This document shows, in pieces, positions 8,420-19,763 of a DNA stretch of 64,000 nt. The notes below the pieces were generated by a model, which saw only the letters and a list, made by a program, of their open reading frames with translations, did no database searches and was not told the origin of the DNA. Position 1 is the first letter of the stretch, and each line of letters begins with the position of its first letter. The DNA is from an uncultured candidate division Zixibacteria bacterium. GTDB taxonomy: Bacteria; Zixibacteria; MSB-5A5; UBA10806. The stretch covers positions 288,001 through 352,000 of the forward strand of contig CAWFQL010000009.1 in assembly GCA_963817915.1 (NCBI GenBank), read 5' to 3'. Position numbers and translations under genes: made by a program.

Positions 8420-11400
8420 TTATGAAATACTATCGGCTTTTACGGTTTCATCGATCGGGATTGCGATCATCGATGCTTTTTTGCTGGACATATAGGAATA
8501 TAGAGCGGGGATAATATACAATGTCAATCCCAGGGAGAAAAGCAAACCGCCGATAATCACTATACCCATGGAGACGCGGCTTTTGGCGGCGGCGCCGAGA
8601 GCAAGAGCTATCGGCAAGACCCCGAAAACAGTCGCAAGGCTAGTCATTAATATAGGGCGGAATCTTTGGGCGGCGGCATCGATGACCGCTTCCTTAATGG
8701 CCAGGCCCTGCGCTTTTCGCTGGTTGGCAAACTCCACTATCAGAATTCCATTTTTGGTCACTATGCCTATTAACGCGATAATTCCAATCTGGCTAAATAT
8801 ATTAAATGTTTGTCGGAATATCCAAAGCGATAGGATCGCCCCGGCGAGCGCAAGCGGTACAGTGAACATGATAATCAACGGGTCTCTAAATGATTCGAAT
8901 TGGGCGGATAGAATTAGATATACTAAAATCAAGGCAAGCACAAAGGCGAATAGCAGTGTATTGGAGCTTTCGGCGTATTCTTTGGCGGTGCCGGCGAGGC
9001 TGGTTGAGAACGACTCATCGAGAACCTCTTTGGAAATCTTATCCATTTCATCGATTCCCTGGCCCAATGTGTAGCCCTTTGACGGAGACGCGCTTACTGT
9101 TGCAGCGATGTAGCGGTTGAAATGGTAAAGCTGAGGAGGGCTGCTGCGATAGGAGATTTTAACGATATTGTCAAGCTGGATTAGTTCATTGCGGCTATTG
9201 CGGATATAAATTGAATTCAGGTCCAAAGGCTCGTCGCGATTGGCCCTATTGGCCTGGGCGATAACTGAATACTGCTTGCCATTCTGAATGAAATATCCAT
9301 ACCGTTGGCCGCTGAAAAAGAGCTGTAATGTTTCCGCGATATCTCTGACAGTTATGCCCAGTGCCCTGGCTCGGTCGCGGTCAATTTCGATTGTCAATTC
9401 GGGTTTGTTGAATTTCAAATCGAGATCGACAACCTGGAATATGGGATCTGATTGGGCCTTGTCCATGAATTGAGGCAGAACTTCACGGAGCTTATCGAAA
9501 GTCGGTGCCTGAATGACATATTGAATTGGCAGGCCTCGTCCTCTCCCCCCGCCACCAATCGTCTGTTCTTGAGTGACATACGATCTCGCGAATGTATAAT
9601 CTTTAAGCTCGTTGGTGAGAGCGTCGGCAATATCCTGCTGACTTCGTTTGCGTTTATCAGGCGGCACAAGCGAGATTCTAACAAATCCGCTATTGACTCC
9701 GCCCATGGATGTCACCGAAAGGATAACATCTTTTTCCGGAATGGTATCGGCGACCGCGAGGATTTTGCCGACATAATCATACATGGCTTCGTACGATGTA
9801 CCTTCGGGGGCCGTGGAACTAATCATCAAACGGCTCTTGTCTTCCATGGGTGCCAATTCCGATGGAATAAGGGATCCGAGTCCAAAAATAATCGCCACGG
9901 AAGCCGCCATGATTAGCGGCGCCAGCCATTTTCTATCTATGAATACTCTTAGCGAACGATGATACCCTGCCGCCAGACGATTAAACCAATCTTCACTCAA
10001 TTTGAATAATTTGTTTTCATGAGTGGATTTATGAAGAATGCGGGCGCTCATCATTGGTGTCAGAGTCAATGAGACAAACGCGGATATCAAAACCGATCCG
10101 GCGACCACGATACCAAATTCCCTGAACAGCCTACCGGTTAATCCTTGTAAGAACATAATAGGCAAAAAGACCGACGCCAGGGTAATAGTCGTTGAAATAA
10201 TAGCGAATAAAATCTCTTTCGAACCTTTGAATCCGGCCTCGATAGGATCCATCCCCTTTTCGATACGCTTATAGATGTTTTCAAGTACAACAATGGCGTC
10301 ATCGACCACAATTCCTGTGGATAGGACGATTGCCAGCAGCGTAAGGATATTGATCGAAAATCCGGCAATATACATAATGAAAAATGAGCCAATTAACGAA
10401 ATAGGGATGGCGAGCATTGGAATAATGGTTGTCCGCCAATGGCGCAGGAAGACAAAAATAACCAACAGCACAAGGAGAAAAGCGATGATTATTGTTTCGA
10501 CTACCTCGGTGATGGCTCTACGGATATTAGCAGTAGTATCCTGGGCTATGGTCAATTTAACATCTTCGGGGACGTCTTTCATCATCTGAGCGGTTCGGCG
10601 CATTACCTCATCGGCAATCGCGATATGGTTTGAGCCCGGCTGCGGAACAACGTTGATTGACACCATCGGTTTGCCACCATTGCCGCGAAGGATCGATCTT
10701 TCATTCTCAGGCGCAAGAATCGCCTCGCCTACATCCCTGAATCTTATAGATGTGCCGCCAATTTCCCGGATGATTAAATTATTAAATTCCGCCGGTGTTG
10801 ATATTCTGCCGAATGTGCGAATGGATAACTCTGTCCCGTAGCCTTCAATACGACCGCTTGGCAATTCGACATTTTCCCGGTTGAGGGCGTTTCTGATATC
10901 AAGAGGGGTCAACCCATGCGCCGCAAGACGTGAAGGATCGATCATTAGTTTCATGGCGTATCTTTTTTCGCCCCAGATATCGACCGCGCTGACTCCGGGA
11001 ACAGTCTGCAGACCGTTCCTTGAAAATATCATTGGCGATAGCGGAGAGATCAAGCAAAGATCGTCTATCGCTTTGAATAGTCATTGATAAAATCGGGTTG
11101 GCATCGGCATCCGATTTGGAAATTGTCGGCGGATCGGCATCAGAGGGTATATCATGCGAAGCTCGCGATACTCGATCGCGCACGTCATTGGCCGCGTTCT
11201 CCATATCGACACCAAGCTCGAATTCGACTCTAATGGAGCTTCGGCCGTCGCTGCTGGTGGAAGTAAGCGAACGAATTCCAGCTATTCCGTTGATCGATTC
11301 TTCCAGCGGTTCGGTAATCTGCGATTCAATAATGTCGGCGTTGGCGCCAGTGTAGCTGGTGCTGACACTTACAATTGGCGGGTCTACGCTGGGATATTCT

Positions 11401-11504
11401 CTTACGCCCAAAAACAAAAAACCAATCGTACCGAAAAGCACGATTAGTATCGATAAAACTATCGATAAGACTGGACGACTGATACTGATTGATGAAATAT
11501 TCAT
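8420..11504 (-). pseudogene. RND efflux permease (AcrB/MdtB-like) split by a 1-nt insertion (real lesion or sequencing error)
   Basis: ORF 10899-11504 (RPV..VREYPSVDPP) joins ORF 8420-11053 (GIVVDDAIVVLENI, GIVTKNGILIVEFA, RFRPILMT) as DIFKER-LQTVPGV when one base near 11013 is removed. Confidence 0.85.
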
Positions 11505-11516
11505 TAAATTACTTTA

Positions 11517-12590
11517 TTATTCGTTCTTCAAATTTGTAATCTTGACATTTTTGCCATCGGCAAGCTGCAGCAATCCGCTAACAATCAGAGTATCATCGGG
11601 ATTCAATCCCTGCGATATCTGGATTTCTCTTTCGGTCCTGATACCTGTTTTGACTGGGACAGATTTGGCCGCGCCATTCTGACAAATATAGATGATTTCA
11701 TTATTGATTTGAGGGATTATCGCCTCGGTTGGAATAACCACGGCGTTGGGGATTTCTTCCAAAGTTATTTCTATTTTTGCAAATGAGCCGGGAATGAGGT
11801 TCGATTTCGGATTGGGGATTTTGGCCCTGGCTTTTATAGTTCGTGTATCGGGGTCGATTTTCGATTCGACTGCAAATACGATTCCGTTGTGGCCTTCCTC
11901 TGAATCTCCCACATATACTAATATTTCAGTCCCATTTTTCATCTGTGCCGCATGTCTTTCCGGCACCGAAAATTCGACTTTCAGGGGGTCGATCTCCTGC
12001 ATAGTGGCAACAAGAATATTTGGTGTAACATAGCCGCCTTCGCTAATATAGCGTAAACCAACTATTCCATCGAATGGCGCTATAATTTCAGTTTTGGCAA
12101 GCTGTGATTCGATTACTTCCCGCTCGGCCTGTATCATTTGCAATGTATTGAGATACTTATTGTATTCTTCAAGACTTACCGCTTTGATATCGAGCAGACT
12201 CTTTTCACGGGTTTCATTGTCGGCGGCCTGCTTTTCCTCCAATTTTTTCCGTTTAAGCTGGGCCTGCAATTCCTGGTTATTGATACTGAGAAGCAAATCT
12301 CCCTTGTGAACTCGTTTCCCCTCTTCAAAATTGACACCCGTAACCCGGCCGGATATTTCAGAGCGCAACTCCACCTCTTCGTTGGCGAGAAGAGTGCCAG
12401 TTGTATTTATCTTATTCTGAAGCAGGCGGGGATGAATCACCAACGCCTCAACCGAGACAACCCCTTTCCCGCCCGCAGTACCGCGGCCCACGGTCTTGCT
12501 GTTGCCGCTTCCACAGCCATTGGCGAAATAACCTGACAATATTAATGCTATAATTATTTTGAAGGAGATATTTGAATATCGATTTTGCAT
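11517..12590 (-). CDS. RND efflux periplasmic adaptor (MFP)
   Basis: EEGKRVHKGDLL, IIAPFDGIVG, IDPDTRTIKARA, IPTEAI, GLNPDDTLIVSG; possible lipobox ANGC; start uncertain (alternative 12653). Confidence 0.88.
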   Translation of the reverse strand: MQNRYSNISFKIIIALILSGYFANGCGSGNSKTVGRGTAGGKGVVSVEALVIHPRLLQNKINTTGTLLANEEVELRSEISGRVTGVNFEEGKRVHKGDLLLSINNQELQAQLKRKKLEEKQAADNETREKSLLDIKAVSLEEYNKYLNTLQMIQAEREVIESQLAKTEIIAPFDGIVGLRYISEGGYVTPNILVATMQEIDPLKVEFSVPERHAAQMKNGTEILVYVGDSEEGHNGIVFAVESKIDPDTRTIKARAKIPNPKSNLIPGSFAKIEITLEEIPNAVVIPTEAIIPQINNEIIYICQNGAAKSVPVKTGIRTEREIQISQGLNPDDTLIVSGLLQLADGKNVKITNLKNE

Positions 12591-12872
12591 ATAAGACGCC
12601 ATTCTATTGAATTGAAACAATTTTTTCCAAGCTGCTAACCTTCTGTTTTTCATAAGTAAATTCCAATATATACTATCTTAGTCTTAACCGCAATAAATGT
12701 TTCATTCCTTTGACATCAATACGGGATCATGGATTCAAAAACATTGACATTATCCGTGGGTATTTAATAGTATTCAGACGCTAGGGATAGAAGTTTATTG
12801 AGCAGCTTGTGTCCAGAAAATAGATTGTATATTGTAGTGCTGAAATGAAGGTCAGCGATAAGGGAGGTCAGT

Positions 12873-15008
12873 ATGTACTTGAAATCAAATTTATTGAAAT
12901 TAAGATTCGCATTGATTGCGCTTCTGCTGGTTTTAATTCTGAATCCGGCAATAATCCAGTCACAGACGACCGCACCGCCGGTGGCCAAAATAATTCCAAA
13001 AGCCGATACGCTTTTTGGAGACATACGAATAGATAATTATTACTGGATTAAGGAAAAGTCCAATCCTGAGGTAATCGATCTGATTAAAGCGGAAAATTCC
13101 TATACAGAATATAAAACTTCGCATTTGAAAGACTTGCAAGACAATCTTTACCGGGAAATGATTGGCCGTTTGAAGGAGACCGATACCAGCGCCGCCTATA
13201 GGATCGATGATTATTACTACTATACTCGCACCTTAAAAGGCAAGCAATATCCAATCTATTGCCGCAAAAACAAGAGCATGTCGGAAAAAGAAGAAGTCAT
13301 GCTCGACCTCAATGAATTAGCTATCGGTCAAAAATATCTCGATCTCGGAAATCTCAAGGTCAGCCCCAATCAGCGTTTTTTGGCATATTCGATCGACACA
13401 TCAGGCTCGGAGTCGTATTCGATTCGTATCAAGGATTTACAAACAAATCTGCAGCTGCCCGACCTAATTATTCCAACCGGATCGGAAATCGAATGGACCA
13501 ACGACAATAATACAATTTACTACGAGACCCTTGATAATACGCAAAGACCATACAGGCTTTATCGTCATAGAATGGGAGATAATCCCGCGAGCGACAATCT
13601 TGTTTATCAGGAAGATGACGAGGCATACTATCTCAATCTTTCGAAAACCCGAAGCAAAAAGTATCTGACAATTAATACAGAAAGTAATACGACAAATGAA
13701 ATCTTGGTTCTCGATGCCGACAATCCGGCGGCTCAATTCGAAGTTGTCGCCAAAAGACAGCACGAAATCAAATATTATATAGAGCATCAGGAAGATAAGT
13801 TCTACATTCTGACCAACGAGAACGCGAAGAATTTTAAGATTATGACGGCTTCGGTCAATGATTTGGATAAATCAAAATGGAACGAATATATACCTCATAA
13901 CGATTCGGTCAAAATCGAGGGTATCGATGCCTTCAAGCAATATATCGTTGTCTCCGAACGATCGGGCGGAATGCAAAAAATCCGAACGATTGTTATCGGA
14001 ACTAACAAGCCTAACTATGTGCAATTCCCAGACCCGGCTTACTCGATTTATCCGGCCGAGAATCCGAACTATGACACACCTGTTCTAAGAATTCGCTATA
14101 GCTCGTTGACTACGCCGTCTTCGACATTCGATTACGACATGAAAACGCAAAAATTAGTGCTCATCAAGCAAAATGAAGTCAAAGGGTATATTCCTGCCGA
14201 ATACAAGATGGAACGAGTATTGGCGACAGCATCGGACAATGTCAAGGTGCCAATTCTGCTGGTATATAAGAAGGCTTTATTTAAGGGAGATGGCACCAAC
14301 CCATTGCTTCTTGACGGCTACGGCGCCTACGGGATCTCCAGTGACGCTTATTTCGGATCAGCGAGGCTGTCGCTGATTGACAGGGGCTACGTCTATGCGA
14401 TTGCGCAGATACGAGGCGGCGGCGAAATGGGCCGTTGGTGGTATGATGACGGCAAATTGCTCAACAAGAAGAATACATTCACCGATTTTATCGCCTGCTC
14501 TGAATATCTGATAAATAACAAATATACCTCGAAAGAAAAACTCGAAATTGCAGGCGGCAGCGCCGGAGGGCTCTTGATTGGGGCTGTTGTCAATATGCGT
14601 CCCGATCTTTTCAAGGGTGTAATTGCCAATGTACCGTTCGTAGATATCCTAAATACTATGCTCGATCCGACGATACCATTGACTGTGACCGAATACGAAG
14701 AATGGGGCAACCCGCACGACAGCCTCTATTATTTCTATATGAAAAGCTATTCGCCATACGATAATGTAGTGAAAAAAGACTATCCTACAATGCTTGTGAC
14801 CGGCGGCCTTAACGATCCTCGGGTTTGCTATTGGGAGCCGACCAAATGGGTTTCCAAGCTGCGTGCGTTAAAGACCGATAACAACACACTGCTTCTAAAA
14901 ATCAATATGGGCGAGGGACACTTCGGTGTATCGGGAAGATACGCTGAATTAAAGGATGTGGCATTTCAGTATTCGTTTCTGTTGGACGCCTTGGGCATAA
15001 ATAAGTAA
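12873..15008 (+). CDS. ptrB: oligopeptidase B (S9A) with N-terminal signal peptide
   Basis: DNYYW, GYGAYG, RGGGEMG, nucleophile GGSAGG, VPFVD, EYEEWGNP, DPRV..WEP, GHFG; GGAGG RBS. Confidence 0.92.
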   Translation: MYLKSNLLKLRFALIALLLVLILNPAIIQSQTTAPPVAKIIPKADTLFGDIRIDNYYWIKEKSNPEVIDLIKAENSYTEYKTSHLKDLQDNLYREMIGRLKETDTSAAYRIDDYYYYTRTLKGKQYPIYCRKNKSMSEKEEVMLDLNELAIGQKYLDLGNLKVSPNQRFLAYSIDTSGSESYSIRIKDLQTNLQLPDLIIPTGSEIEWTNDNNTIYYETLDNTQRPYRLYRHRMGDNPASDNLVYQEDDEAYYLNLSKTRSKKYLTINTESNTTNEILVLDADNPAAQFEVVAKRQHEIKYYIEHQEDKFYILTNENAKNFKIMTASVNDLDKSKWNEYIPHNDSVKIEGIDAFKQYIVVSERSGGMQKIRTIVIGTNKPNYVQFPDPAYSIYPAENPNYDTPVLRIRYSSLTTPSSTFDYDMKTQKLVLIKQNEVKGYIPAEYKMERVLATASDNVKVPILLVYKKALFKGDGTNPLLLDGYGAYGISSDAYFGSARLSLIDRGYVYAIAQIRGGGEMGRWWYDDGKLLNKKNTFTDFIACSEYLINNKYTSKEKLEIAGGSAGGLLIGAVVNMRPDLFKGVIANVPFVDILNTMLDPTIPLTVTEYEEWGNPHDSLYYFYMKSYSPYDNVVKKDYPTMLVTGGLNDPRVCYWEPTKWVSKLRALKTDNNTLLLKINMGEGHFGVSGRYAELKDVAFQYSFLLDALGINK

Positions 15009-15018
15009 GGGGCAGTCT

Positions 15019-15591
15019 ATGCGGATTAAGAGATTGGCAAAAGGCAAAGTAAGAGCGATTAGATTGCCTAAAAAATGGCAAGGACGAAATGATACCCTTG
15101 TATCCGCGGAGATGCTTGATCTGGCGGTCGAGACGATCAAGAAACGAGCAAAATTAGATCGAACCTGGGATATCCCCTATCTTGCCGGGTATAGCAGGGA
15201 TGGCAAGACTATCTTTATCGATCGCCACCTGCCGAAATCGTTCATGGCGAATGGGAAGCGAATTTATGTAGATCAATTTTTGATTCTGCACGAAGCGGTC
15301 GAGAAATCGCTCCTTAACAAATTAGGTTTAATTTATCAAATGGCTCATCAGATAGCATTGAGGGCAGAGGAAGCCGCGGTAAGGGCGGCGGGGGTCTCGT
15401 GGCGTGAGTATGATAGGTTCATGCAGGATTTCATCAAGGAAGCGGGCGACGAGAGATTAACGCGGATTCCGCTCGATCTTGATATCAAGCCTTACAGAGA
15501 TGAGCGTGATACCGAAGTTCTCAAGGCGATGCAGAGAGCGAGGAAGCGAGAGAGAGACTATAGATCGCGGCGAAATGCTCTACCAATTTGA
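15019..15591 (+). CDS. hypothetical protein with HExxE...H motif
   Basis: DIPYLAGYSRDG..IFIDRHLP, LILHEAVE, AHQIA; starts 10 bp after the ptrB stop. Confidence 0.7.
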   Translation: MRIKRLAKGKVRAIRLPKKWQGRNDTLVSAEMLDLAVETIKKRAKLDRTWDIPYLAGYSRDGKTIFIDRHLPKSFMANGKRIYVDQFLILHEAVEKSLLNKLGLIYQMAHQIALRAEEAAVRAAGVSWREYDRFMQDFIKEAGDERLTRIPLDLDIKPYRDERDTEVLKAMQRARKRERDYRSRRNALPI

Positions 15592-16770
15592 ATCCAATAT
15601 CTGCGGCCAATTTGGATCATTTTCTATGCGGCTTTTGATTTCTTTATAATAATCGTCTTTGCTCTCAACCCCTACTGGCCAGTAGAGATTAAAGAGACTA
15701 TCAGCTCTATTCGGTTCCCCAGCAAAATAGTAACCAAAGACCATATATATATTGAAATAAGTAGGCACCTTGATAGAATCGTGCACCGAAATCTGAAGAC
15801 TCATTGGGCTGTCTATGTCATTTATTGGCGGCATTTGATTTATCCCCAATGTATCTAATAAGTATTTGGAGAATTTCATATGGCCAGGAACGGTAATTTT
15901 TGTAAATACCATCCCAACTTCCAAAGCTAAGATTGTTTCTGCTAGAATGATTCATGATAATAATTATCAAGGGAAGGGATGTATTTCAGCATCTACAATT
16001 AAGATATGAAAACAAAAAAAATCCTCATAGTGGATGACGTATTCCAGCTGAGACATCGCTACACGAATTTCTTACGGAACATGGGTATATAATTGTAGAT
16101 ACTGACAATGGCGCATCCGCATGGAAGGAGCAAAAGGCGTCGTCCCAAGTAATTATTTCGAGAATTGAGTCATTTTCAATATCGACCAACTCGAAAGCAA
16201 ATGTAGGCTTAATTTCAAGAAGCAGTTTAGCACTATCGCTCAAACGGAATATAAATATCCGGATCTTCACGAGGACAACTTGCGCCTTCGGTGGCGTAAG
16301 ATACGTATCAAATCCTCCTTGAGCCCGTCCTTATTGATTTATTATCCGCAGATAGCAATTGTCTTTCACATATGGCAAAACAATCGCAAATAAATAATTA
16401 GAATACACCGCTGTTTGAAGCCGACCACAAATTTGGATCGATTCTTTTTGGCCCATGAATATCGCAATACATTGATCAGTGCTTCTATGATTCCGTTGAA
16501 AAAAGTCTCCATAATGCTAGTCGTAATAGATTTATAGCCATCAAGATAAAGCGATCAGTCGACCGTAGAATTTGAAGAAGCTCCGGATAAGGATTATCGA
16601 GGGCGTATGCTGAATTATTTTTGGTGAATCAGATACGGTCGAAGCGATAAATATTTAGCAAACCTTGGATTTGAAGGTTGAGAGACGCCGTGATAAGCGT
16701 GCTATCAGCCGATACATCTGCCAAAACAAATAAAGATAATCCGGCAACCCAATAGAATCTTTCAATTGAA
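15580..16770 (-). pseudogene. degraded/fragmented hypothetical exported protein
   Basis: Protein-like pieces in different frames (INKDGLKE / SYATEGASC / IFRLSDSAKLLLEI..DIENDSILEII / ADSLFNLYWP..ENDPNWPQI); upstream boundary uncertain. Confidence 0.4.
16006..16124 (+). pseudogene. truncated, frameshifted response-regulator receiver N-terminus
   Basis: MKTKKILIVDDVFQLR, then one base missing near 16053, then SLHEFLTEHGYIIVDTDNGASAW: the beta1-alpha1-beta2 pattern of a REC domain. Confidence 0.7.
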
Positions 16771-16815
16771 ATATTTATACAAGGAGGATTCTGACTAGAT
16801 TTGACTTCGGGTATT

Positions 16816-17754
16816 TTATAGCATCCCACGCTGATGGTAATGCTTTATCGTCTCCGCAATACCCATTTCATAAGATGTTGGTTTGAAGCTGAAATGATTT
16901 TCGAATTTTGATGAGTCGAATTGATAATCGTATTCGTATTGATAGAGCATTTCGTACATCTCGCGAATATTACTGTTGAAATACCCGACCATTTTAATCA
17001 TAAATTTGCTCAGAACTGTCGATTTTGCCTTAACGTCCAATTTTGATGCCACTATTTTAACGAACTCCTCCCCTGTTATCGCGGGGCCTGCCGTCGGCAA
17101 GTGCCAGACCTGGTTCATGGCGCTATCGTCGGTAGCCAGCAGATGCAATGCGCTGCCGCAATCGCCAGTGTATGTGTAGGAATGCTTTGTCTTCAAATTT
17201 ACAAGCCACTGGGCTCTCTTGCCATGCGCCAGTTTATCCATTATCAGAATATAAGGTACCCCGGTCTTTTCGGTATAAGGGCCATAGAAATCGGCAGATC
17301 TGGCAATCGCGGCGGTGATATTTTTCGCTTTGATTTCCGATAGCAGTGATTCGGCGATTTTAGCCCTGATCTCCCCTTTTTTGCTGGTTGGATTTATTGG
17401 AGTATTTTCGGTCATCGGGCCATCGACCTTGCCGTACATATAAACATTATCGAAAAATATAAGCCGGGCGTGTCTGGCTTTGCAGGCATCGATTGTATTT
17501 TTCATGATTTTAGGCCATTGTTCCTGCCAGATCGATGTAACGTACGAAAGCCCAGCGAGTAAATATACTGTCGATGATTCCTCAACCGCTTGAAAGACGT
17601 CATCATATTTGGTCAAATCCGCCTTCGCTGCCTGCGCCCGGAATTGCGTTTCGCCATGACGTGACACTAATTTCAAGTCCGCCTTTTTTGGTATAAGCTC
17701 TTCGGCGAGAATATTTCCAATCGCGCCACCTGCGCCAAGTATAATATGCTTCAT
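16816..17754 (-). CDS. NAD-dependent epimerase/dehydratase family (atypical SDR)
   Basis: ILGAGGAIG, FFDNVYMYG, ARSADFYGP, QVWHLP. Confidence 0.85.
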   Translation of the reverse strand: MKHIILGAGGAIGNILAEELIPKKADLKLVSRHGETQFRAQAAKADLTKYDDVFQAVEESSTVYLLAGLSYVTSIWQEQWPKIMKNTIDACKARHARLIFFDNVYMYGKVDGPMTENTPINPTSKKGEIRAKIAESLLSEIKAKNITAAIARSADFYGPYTEKTGVPYILIMDKLAHGKRAQWLVNLKTKHSYTYTGDCGSALHLLATDDSAMNQVWHLPTAGPAITGEEFVKIVASKLDVKAKSTVLSKFMIKMVGYFNSNIREMYEMLYQYEYDYQFDSSKFENHFSFKPTSYEMGIAETIKHYHQRGML

Positions 17755-17787
17755 ATTCCCCTGCCCTTCCTCTAAATCAAATTCAAC

Positions 17788-19195
17788 TTATCTCATCATT
17801 TCATACATCGGGTCCCAGGGCGGCAGGACTATGGGCGGCTGCTCGTAGATTTTCAGAATATCTTTGGGCACATATTCCTTTTTGGCAATCAGCCCGTATA
17901 CATGGTTGTCGAACCAGGAATCGTATAATGTCCAGTATCCGCCCGAACCTCTCTCCGTACCCCAGCTATTTTCAACCAGCCATTTGACCGGCTTATTATC
18001 TTTAACATCCACTCCCACGAATACCATGGCATGATTGGGAGCGCTTTCACGGAAAAGGGCGCGGTTGGCCTTGGTCATATCGAGGTCTGTATCATAAATC
18101 GAACCGTAATCGTAAATATTCATGGCCATGATGCCATGCTCGCCTTCCTGATCTTTTCCTACATCGCAGGCGAACCATAAAGGATCATCTTTCAGAACCG
18201 AATTCATGGCGATCTGCTTTAGTACCTCGATATCTGCCGTAACATAGTCGACGTCATTGCCATCGAAAATATTTCTCGAAAGGCTCATCTGGTAATGCTT
18301 GCCCATTTCTTTCGATTGATCGTTGAAGATATCTACGTAATCGTTTAGATCGACTGCCACATAATCCTTAAAGAAACTGACGGGTGTATAAGTCTTCGTG
18401 TCGGCCAGAGACGAATCTGTTTTCTCATAGCGCCATTGGAATTCTGATCGGTGGCTCGCCAAGATTATAGACAAGCATCTTGTAGATTTCGTCGAGCATG
18501 ATTTTTTTATTAGAGCGGATTTCGTCGACTGAATTCCCCTGCTTGGCCAGGTCGCGAATTTTCACGGCATCGATTCGTAATTTGCGGGCCAACATATTAT
18601 TCATCCTGCCGGTTTGTCCTGAGCTATTGGTCTCGGGCATTACTTCCTTGGGGACTACGCCATATTTGTTTATTAGAGCCACGACATATTCCCACCAGCC
18701 GCCGTCGCCGATCGGCTCGCGAAGCAGGATTTCCATTTCACGGTCGAGCGGGTCGCGGTCGCGGAAATCGATCATATGCTCGAGAAAGCAATTGGCCTTT
18801 TCCATTTTATCCCAGAATGCCAGATAGTTCTGTGAAAATTCGAAACTGCCGAGCTTATATTTTGCAATTACCACCGGTCGCATGATATTCAATCCAGCGA
18901 AAAGCCAGCATCGGCCGCTGGATTTTTGATTGGTTATGCCTTTGGTTTTGATTTTATGGCTGAAAAGCTGGTTATTTTTATTCAAGAGATCATGGTTTAA
19001 GGCCAGCTTGTCGATGTCATTGTTGGTGATGGCATTATAGATCGCGCGCGATTGGGTGTCCATCTTGAATGACCCGCGAATCTGCGCGATAAGGTCGGGG
19101 GTTAAGGATCCATTATCGGCATATACAATATCTCCGACAACGAAGAATATCGATAGCACGAAAATTATTGATCTAAGATATGCCCTTGGAATCAT
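17788..19195 (-). pseudogene. pepC: aminopeptidase C / bleomycin hydrolase (C1B) with signal peptide, split by a 1-nt insertion
   Basis: NQKSSGRCWLFA in the 5' part; NHAM and VENSWG in the 3' part; joins as LGEPP-SEFQWRYE when one base near 18449 is removed. Confidence 0.88.
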
Positions 19196-19339
19196 TTATC
19201 CTCCAGTCAAAAATTAATTTCGATATTAATAATCGCAAATATGATATTAATGAGAAAATTGTTATTGATGATTCTTTTGTCATTTTTATTGCATTTTCAG
19301 AGAGAGTAAGAATCTCGCCGCATCACAAGAAAAATACAG

Positions 19340-19423
19340 CGGAGGGCGAGGGACTCGAACCCCCATGTCCTTGCGGACGGCAGATTTCAAGTCTGCTGGC
19401 TTACCAATTAGCACTAGCCCTCC
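19340..19423 (-). tRNA. tRNA-Ser (anticodon TGA)
   Basis: Minus strand GGAGGGC..GCAGA-CTTGAAA-TCTGC, long variable arm GTCC-GCAA-GGAC, GGTTCGAGTCC, GCCCTCC-G. Confidence 0.92.
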
Positions 19424-19437
19424 GGACTGACCGACAT

Positions 19438-19466
19438 AAAATATGTCGGACAATTTGCGCGGTCAA
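19438..19466 (-). promoter_or_regulatory. putative sigma70 promoter of tRNA-Ser
   Basis: TTGACC-N17-TATTTT ending 14 nt before the tRNA. Confidence 0.5.
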
Positions 19467-19496
19467 GGAGTTTGATTGACAAAAAGGACGGGAGTT

Positions 19497-19650
19497 CGTA
19501 GGAAAAGGTTCCTGACGACGCACGCGTGTATTTAATAGGGGAAATGACCTACAATATGACGATGCGGGAGACGTTAGTCGTCGGGTGCGGAGACCCGACG
19601 ACACGCGGAACCTGTTTCTGCTATTAGGGGCAGTCGGGACGACTGCCGTC
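19497..19650. repeat. mixed REP-like hairpin cluster
   Basis: Degenerate AGGAA..TTCCTGAC unit, GTCGTCGGGTGCGGAGACCCGACGACAC (19577-19604), GGCAGTCGGGACGACTGCC (about 19629-19647). Confidence 0.72.
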
Positions 19651-19670
19651 CGGCAAAAAGCGATTTTCGC

Positions 19671-19705
19671 AAAAAAAATACCGGCGGCCAGGTCAAGCCG
19701 CCGAT
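19671..19705 (-). terminator. intrinsic terminator of the M14 peptidase gene
   Basis: CGGCGGC..GCCGCCG stem followed by a T-run on the minus strand. Confidence 0.6.
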
Positions 19706-19763
19706 ATAAGCTATACCAATTTCGGATAAGCAGGGGCTAAATCCGCTGGTTTTTTTTAGCTCA

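Noticed and set aside
10990..11030. Programmed frameshift or phase variation in the RND gene (and in pepC near 18449)
   Set aside because: No slippery heptamer or homopolymer tract; a plain single-base insertion explains each break
19340..19423. tRNA-Sec or suppressor tRNA
   Set aside because: The anticodon is TGA (reads UCA, Ser), not TCA; the 7-bp acceptor stem and G discriminator fit tRNA-Ser
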